In this document: in pieces, positions 34,093-34,784 of the stretch
Numbering within the stretch: position 1 is the stretch's first letter
Layout: each line of letters starts with the position of its first letter
Origin: Nemertoderma westbladi
Taxonomy: Eukaryota; Animalia; Xenacoelomorpha
NCBI GenBank assembly: GCA_032718475.1
Contig: JAUCBJ010001129.1
Span: forward strand, 1 to 34,784
DNA length: 34,784 nt
Direction of reading: 5' to 3'
Made by a program: the position numbers and the translations under genes
The notes under the pieces: model-generated
What the model saw: only the letters and a program-made list of their open reading frames with translations
The model's database searches: none
Told to the model about the DNA's origin: nothing

Positions 34093-34698
34093 ATTTGCCG
34101 TATAGGATAAACATTAACCCCAACGTTCGGATTAAAAAGAAAAAAGGCGAAACATTGGAATTAAAATGTTCGGCAGACGAATACAATGTGAAATCAAACC
34201 CAAGTTGGTCCTGGTATGTTGGTACTAAAGATGTTACTGGTGATGCAGCTATAGTTACTGAACCATCTTCATCAACATTTACACTAGACCCTTTACGCGC
34301 AGACGATGGAGGTGATTATAAGTGCGAGTTTACTGGTCAGTACAACAACAGTGAGGAAGAGAGTATCGAAAGTCCAGTCGGTACCGGTAACTGTAGAATA
34401 TTGTGATCTGAAACTGAAAGTTTCTGGTACTTCTTATGATGGAGGTGATTCAATACAATTAAATAGAAGTTTGGAAGTTCATAACGACCCAATAGAGGTA
34501 AAGTGGATTCCAGTGGAGATGGATGCAATATAGATGTTGGTTATATTTGGAGTGGCGACTTCGTAACCGGTGGAGATGAAGTTAGGAATATCGATGTAAA
34601 TAAAAGATCTTCAGGGATTTACACAACTACAGCCGAATATACGTTTTATGATTCATCAACTATTACAGAGTCATTCACTATTGAGTTAATAGTTCAGT
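34093..34698 (+). pseudogene. Ig gene copy B, exon 2: Ig domains 2 and 3, with two frameshifts (about 34379 and 34512)
   Basis: Acceptor ttattgttccAG|AT, phase 1; GETLELKCSA, WSWY, FTLDPLRADDGGDYKCEF; homology continues in the +1 frame (PVTVEYCDLK...KWIP) then returns (DGCNIDVGYIW..SSGIYTTTA..ELIVQ); donor T|GTAAGT at 34698/34699. Confidence 0.85.
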
Positions 34699-34784
34699 GT
34701 AAGTAACAATAAACTACTGTAAATATTACCCTCCATCACTGTTAGTAGAACAGGAGTCATTCACTATTGAGTTAATAGTTCAGT

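Overview
AT-rich eukaryotic (almost certainly invertebrate animal) genomic DNA with spliceosomal introns; no prokaryotic features. The window starts with a head-to-head library adapter dimer (artefact). The host component is a tandem pair of secreted/cell-surface immunoglobulin-superfamily genes on the + strand (signal peptide + atypical variable N-terminal domain + Ig domains + nephrin/sidestep-type FN3; phase-1 introns): copy A (2353-8928) is broken by a nonsense codon and by a LINE-associated deletion/inversion of exon 2, copy B (22405->34698) has an intact exon 1 but a doubly frameshifted exon 2; two truncated first-exon fragments (one chimeric) and three copies of an upstream block accompany them. 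Between the copies lies a Neptune-type Penelope-like retroelement with inverted pLTRs, a non-canonical minimal hammerhead ribozyme and a ~410-codon in-frame Thr/Asn/Pro repeat insert inside its RT palm; a young, compact Ty3/Gypsy element (identical 273-bp LTRs, 5-bp TSD, -1 frameshift signal) is nested in its 3' pLTR. Intron 1 of copy A holds a 5'-truncated RTE-like LINE; intron 1 of copy B holds tandem Helentron/HINE-like repeats. The best candidate for a new system is the rapidly diversifying Ig-FN3 receptor cluster with a hypervariable tip domain; the second is the repeat-expanded Penelope RT. All family assignments are from motif recognition by eye, with no database search.
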